64,000 bases of DNA from Candidatus Cloacimonadales bacterium. GTDB taxonomy: Bacteria; Cloacimonadota; Cloacimonadia; Cloacimonadales; JAFGVF01. Location: NCBI GenBank assembly GCA_041672585.1, contig JBAYZI010000001.1, positions 1,014 to 65,013 on the forward strand, read 5' to 3'. The translations under genes were made by a program, and so were the position numbers. The stretch's first letter is position 1. Each line of letters begins with the position of its first letter. Below the pieces are notes generated by a model. That model saw nothing but the letters and a program-made list of their open reading frames with translations. It made no database searches and had not been told where the DNA came from. Below, in pieces: positions 61,050 to 64,000 of this stretch.

Positions 61050-63411
61050 CAGCTAAGATTATGATAGATAATAGAATACCTGCTAAGGATAACTTTGTGC
61101 TTAGATAATAACTGTCAGGAGCAAACACCATTTCTAAGGTTTTTGTTCCGGCAGGAAGCTTTACACCTCTCAGAATATGGTTCACAGGGTAAATCTCAGT
61201 TTCTATGCCATCGACAAAGGCTTTCCAGCCGGCAGGGTAATAAATTTCACTCACCACTAAGAAGCCAGCGTTGGTTAAATCATTAATTGCGAAAGAGACT
61301 TTATGCATATAGTCTTCTTGGGGGAGTTGTACAACTCTGCCCATGCCTAAGTCTCCTGCGAAGCCTAAATCAGATTCTACAATAGCCAGTTGACGTGGTC
61401 TGAATTGAGGATTGTTTAAAAAGTCAATTCTCTCATCTGAGTTTTCTATAACTTTAAGTTCATTCACAAACCACGCTCTTTCTAAAGCCTCTTGATTGAA
61501 GTAAAGTCCGACAACCTTATTATCTTTTTTGATAGTAGCTAAAGGTGATTCGCCTATATTCTCTTTTGTGATAAAGAACTTAGTATTCAGCATATTAATC
61601 ACATTTAAGTTCATGGCGTTATTAAGTACATCATTGTAGCGTTGTAACTTAGCTCCATGATAACCACCAATTGATTGCAGGTGTGAAGCCCAAGAGACAT
61701 CGTTGACATTATCCACTGAGAAGATACGGTAACTACCTGTCGGATAATTTTTATGCAGATATTTATCAATCCCGTTCATTGGTAGTTCTTGATTTTTCTT
61801 GCTTGGCGTGAGATTCTTGAAGTAAGCATTATTTACCACGGCAATGTCTGTTAATAAGGCAAGTCCGATTAAAATCATAAACAACTCTTTGGATAACATT
61901 CTTTTGGAGTAAAAAAAGATTAAACCAATGCCCAGAGCTAGGAAGAAGAGTCCGTTGCGAACAGAATGAACTGTCAGATTAAGACGATTGCTCATCAAAT
62001 TATCGATGTGATTATTAAGCTCTGCTCCCGGCGGGTAGTTCTGAAACTGGGCTATTTCGGCTCCTGAAACAAACTTCATCCCCTTGAAAATAGATGAGCC
62101 GGTAACAGTATTAACCATGAAAAGAGCGATTACAACGATGAGAGCCAGTTTCATTACTTTACTGAATTTATCATTACCAACGCTTTTTAAAACCTCTTTT
62201 AAGCCAATAGCAGCCAGTGGAATAAGAAGCAGTTGAGCAATTACGAGATGTGTTGCCGGCACCCTAAACTTATTGAATCCGGGCAGATAATCATGGAGTA
62301 AGTTCGAGACAAGAGGGAAATATTTACCGAAAGACATTATTACAGCAACTAAGATGCCTATGCCAAATATCTTGGTATATTTATCTTTAGATAAAAACAG
62401 GGCTAAGATGGCTAAGAGCAAGATGATAACTCCGGCATAATGATACGCTTGGGTAAAGCTCATCCAACCCCAATAATCTTGATTTATTCCGCCAAAGAAG
62501 TTAGGGAAAACAAGAGATATTAGCTCAGCAGGGTGCATTGACCAGCCCTGAGCATACTCTTTGGTAAGTCCTGTTTCGCCTCCGCGCATAGAAAATTCGG
62601 CATATTCCAGATTGGAAAGATGAGGATTGGCAACAGCGAGAGCTGCAATTCCTACCCCTATGATTAAGAGAAGAGTAAATAAAGCGAAGGCTTTACTCTC
62701 TTTGCTTCTGATACTTACCACTAGTTCGTAAATCCAGAAGATTCCTAAAAACAAGAAGAAATAATAGGTGATTTGGAGATGATTAAGTCTTAATTGGGTT
62801 ATTAACGCTACAATAAAAAAGCCTAAACCTAACAGATTTTTCTTATCTTTAAGATAAATAAAAGCATAGAGTAGCCATGGCAACACCATAATTGCCTGAA
62901 ACTTAGTGTTATGTCCCATTTCGATCAGAGCTACGAAATGAGAAGAGATTGCAAAAGCTAAGCCTAAAAATGTTGACGTAAGTGTACCCATTTTTAGGTA
63001 TTTAAGCAAGAAGAAAGCTCCTAATGCTCCTAATATCAAGAATGACAGCTTCCAGTTTATCACTGAATTTATCGACATGATAGCATTATTAATGTAGGGG
63101 TATTTAGTAGGGAAACTGATTAAATAGTTTGGCATCCCGGAAAAGATATTGCTGTTCCACAAGGCAGGATCTGAATGTGTTTTGTTATATTCAATAGATT
63201 CGTTGGCAGTAGCTTTCCATTGGTTAGTATCGTGTGCAATAGGTTCATAGCCTAAGAAACCTAATTTGAAGAACATTACGGAGAGAAAAACCACTATTAT
63301 AGCTATTCCTATCCATTTGTATTTCAAGAGGTTATCATCAAGATTAGCTTTTTTAAGCGATATCTCTGTCGCCTGTTTATTGCCTTTAATTCTTTTTACC
63401 GGCTTAGCCAT
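60997..63411 (-). CDS. YfhO-family polytopic membrane protein (putative glycosyltransferase)
   Basis: 804 aa, more than 12 TM helices, N-terminal ...ALWNSNIFSGMPNY motif and a large C-terminal extracytoplasmic domain with a final TM. Confidence 0.55.
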   Translation of the reverse strand: MAKPVKRIKGNKQATEISLKKANLDDNLLKYKWIGIAIIVVFLSVMFFKLGFLGYEPIAHDTNQWKATANESIEYNKTHSDPALWNSNIFSGMPNYLISFPTKYPYINNAIMSINSVINWKLSFLILGALGAFFLLKYLKMGTLTSTFLGLAFAISSHFVALIEMGHNTKFQAIMVLPWLLYAFIYLKDKKNLLGLGFFIVALITQLRLNHLQITYYFFLFLGIFWIYELVVSIRSKESKAFALFTLLLIIGVGIAALAVANPHLSNLEYAEFSMRGGETGLTKEYAQGWSMHPAELISLVFPNFFGGINQDYWGWMSFTQAYHYAGVIILLLAILALFLSKDKYTKIFGIGILVAVIMSFGKYFPLVSNLLHDYLPGFNKFRVPATHLVIAQLLLIPLAAIGLKEVLKSVGNDKFSKVMKLALIVVIALFMVNTVTGSSIFKGMKFVSGAEIAQFQNYPPGAELNNHIDNLMSNRLNLTVHSVRNGLFFLALGIGLIFFYSKRMLSKELFMILIGLALLTDIAVVNNAYFKNLTPSKKNQELPMNGIDKYLHKNYPTGSYRIFSVDNVNDVSWASHLQSIGGYHGAKLQRYNDVLNNAMNLNVINMLNTKFFITKENIGESPLATIKKDNKVVGLYFNQEALERAWFVNELKVIENSDERIDFLNNPQFRPRQLAIVESDLGFAGDLGMGRVVQLPQEDYMHKVSFAINDLTNAGFLVVSEIYYPAGWKAFVDGIETEIYPVNHILRGVKLPAGTKTLEMVFAPDSYYLSTKLSLAGILLSIIILAGGVFCYYRKKREISETA

Positions 63412-64000
63412 TAACTTACCTCCCAGTCACAGAAGTTAATAATTACTAATTGATTCTGCTCGGTTAGTTTACCATCAGGACAATCATAATTAGCGAATTT
63501 CTCTACCCTATCATCTTCGACTAAGTTTCTCTCTAACATTTTACTGCCTTCATCCCAATTTAATTCAGGATGAAACTGCACGCCCCAAATTGGGAAATCT
63601 TTCCACTGAAACGCCTGTATTTTGATATTATCATTAGAGGCAATTACTTTGAAAGAGCTATCAAGGTTAACCACTTCATCAAAGTGAGATTGCATAAAAT
63701 AAGGGTTTTTAATGCCTTTGAAAAGAGGATTGTCCACAATCTTTATCTTAGTGAACCCAAATTCAGGAGTCTTGGCTGCCACGCAACTGTCATCGCTACC
63801 TAAGAGTCGGGCTAACATTTGATGACCATAACAGATGCCTAAGATGGGCTTACCGGTAAAGACAAACTCATTGATTACGCTAAACACATCAGCTTGCTCA
63901 ATATGCTGGGTGGAAGCGGATAACTCGGAACCTGATATGATTAGCCTATCATACTTTGTGTAATCTAAATTTAAGTTATTATCGAATATCCTTTTGAAAG
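63411..64000 (-). CDS. class-I glutamine amidotransferase-like protein (5' end beyond the window)
   Basis: GKPILGICYGHQ nucleophile elbow and VQFHPE. The reading frame stays open upstream of the track's GTG to the window edge (...DRLIISGSELSAST...). Confidence 0.7.
   Translation of the reverse strand, partial: FKRIFDNNLNLDYTKYDRLIISGSELSASTQHIEQADVFSVINEFVFTGKPILGICYGHQMLARLLGSDDSCVAAKTPEFGFTKIKIVDNPLFKGIKNPYFMQSHFDEVVNLDSSFKVIASNDNIKIQAFQWKDFPIWGVQFHPELNWDEGSKMLERNLVEDDRVEKFANYDCPDGKLTEQNQLVIINFCDWEVS

Overview
AT-rich bacterial chromosomal window with compact, mostly minus-strand housekeeping operons. All calls rest on motif recognition by eye; no database search was run. C-terminal sorting-type domains (one classic 'YPNP' T9SS type-A CTD, two FlgD-Ig-like CTDs) and PorV/PorQ/FadL-like barrels suggest an FCB-superphylum-like organism such as Cloacimonadota or a relative, which is inference only.

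Recognisable housekeeping genes:
- Metabolism: two tandem ptb paralogs, purine nucleoside phosphorylase, tdk, a compact metK, nrdJ, a 2-hydroxyacid dehydrogenase, a GATase.
- Envelope and division: lspA, divIVA, yggT, murB, an M23 peptidase, an OlsB/OlsA-like acyltransferase pair, a YfhO-like membrane protein.
- Information processing and stress: dksA/traR-like, leuS, an exonuclease-DinG fusion, lon, dnaA with DnaA boxes (probable origin region near 56.3 kb), groES-trxA, rarA.
- Redox: a class-I flavoprotein disulfide reductase next to a thioredoxin.
- Secreted: an M1 aminopeptidase with a T9SS CTD.

The centre (20.8-46.4 kb) is the stand-out. A 1,420-aa STAND-ATPase/TPR/GAF/sigma-54-activator fusion is transcribed divergently across a 966-bp leader. 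That leader holds a candidate -24/-12 promoter, an upstream inverted repeat and an unannotated 54-aa ORF. Downstream lie a 17.1-kb gene for a 5,696-aa Ig-repeat surface protein with an FlgD-Ig/T9SS-like CTD, then a PorV/PorQ-like beta-barrel, then a TPR/PD40/OmpA protein. A smaller cargo-plus-barrel pair of the same design sits at 1.9-4.2 kb.

Intergenic gaps carry at least two families of structured palindromic repeats (1.38-1.52 kb, 12.06 kb, 46.49-46.75 kb, 57.77-57.88 kb, 58.66-58.76 kb). One family shows compensatory changes in an inner stem.

No tRNA, rRNA, CRISPR array, transposase or integrase was recognised.
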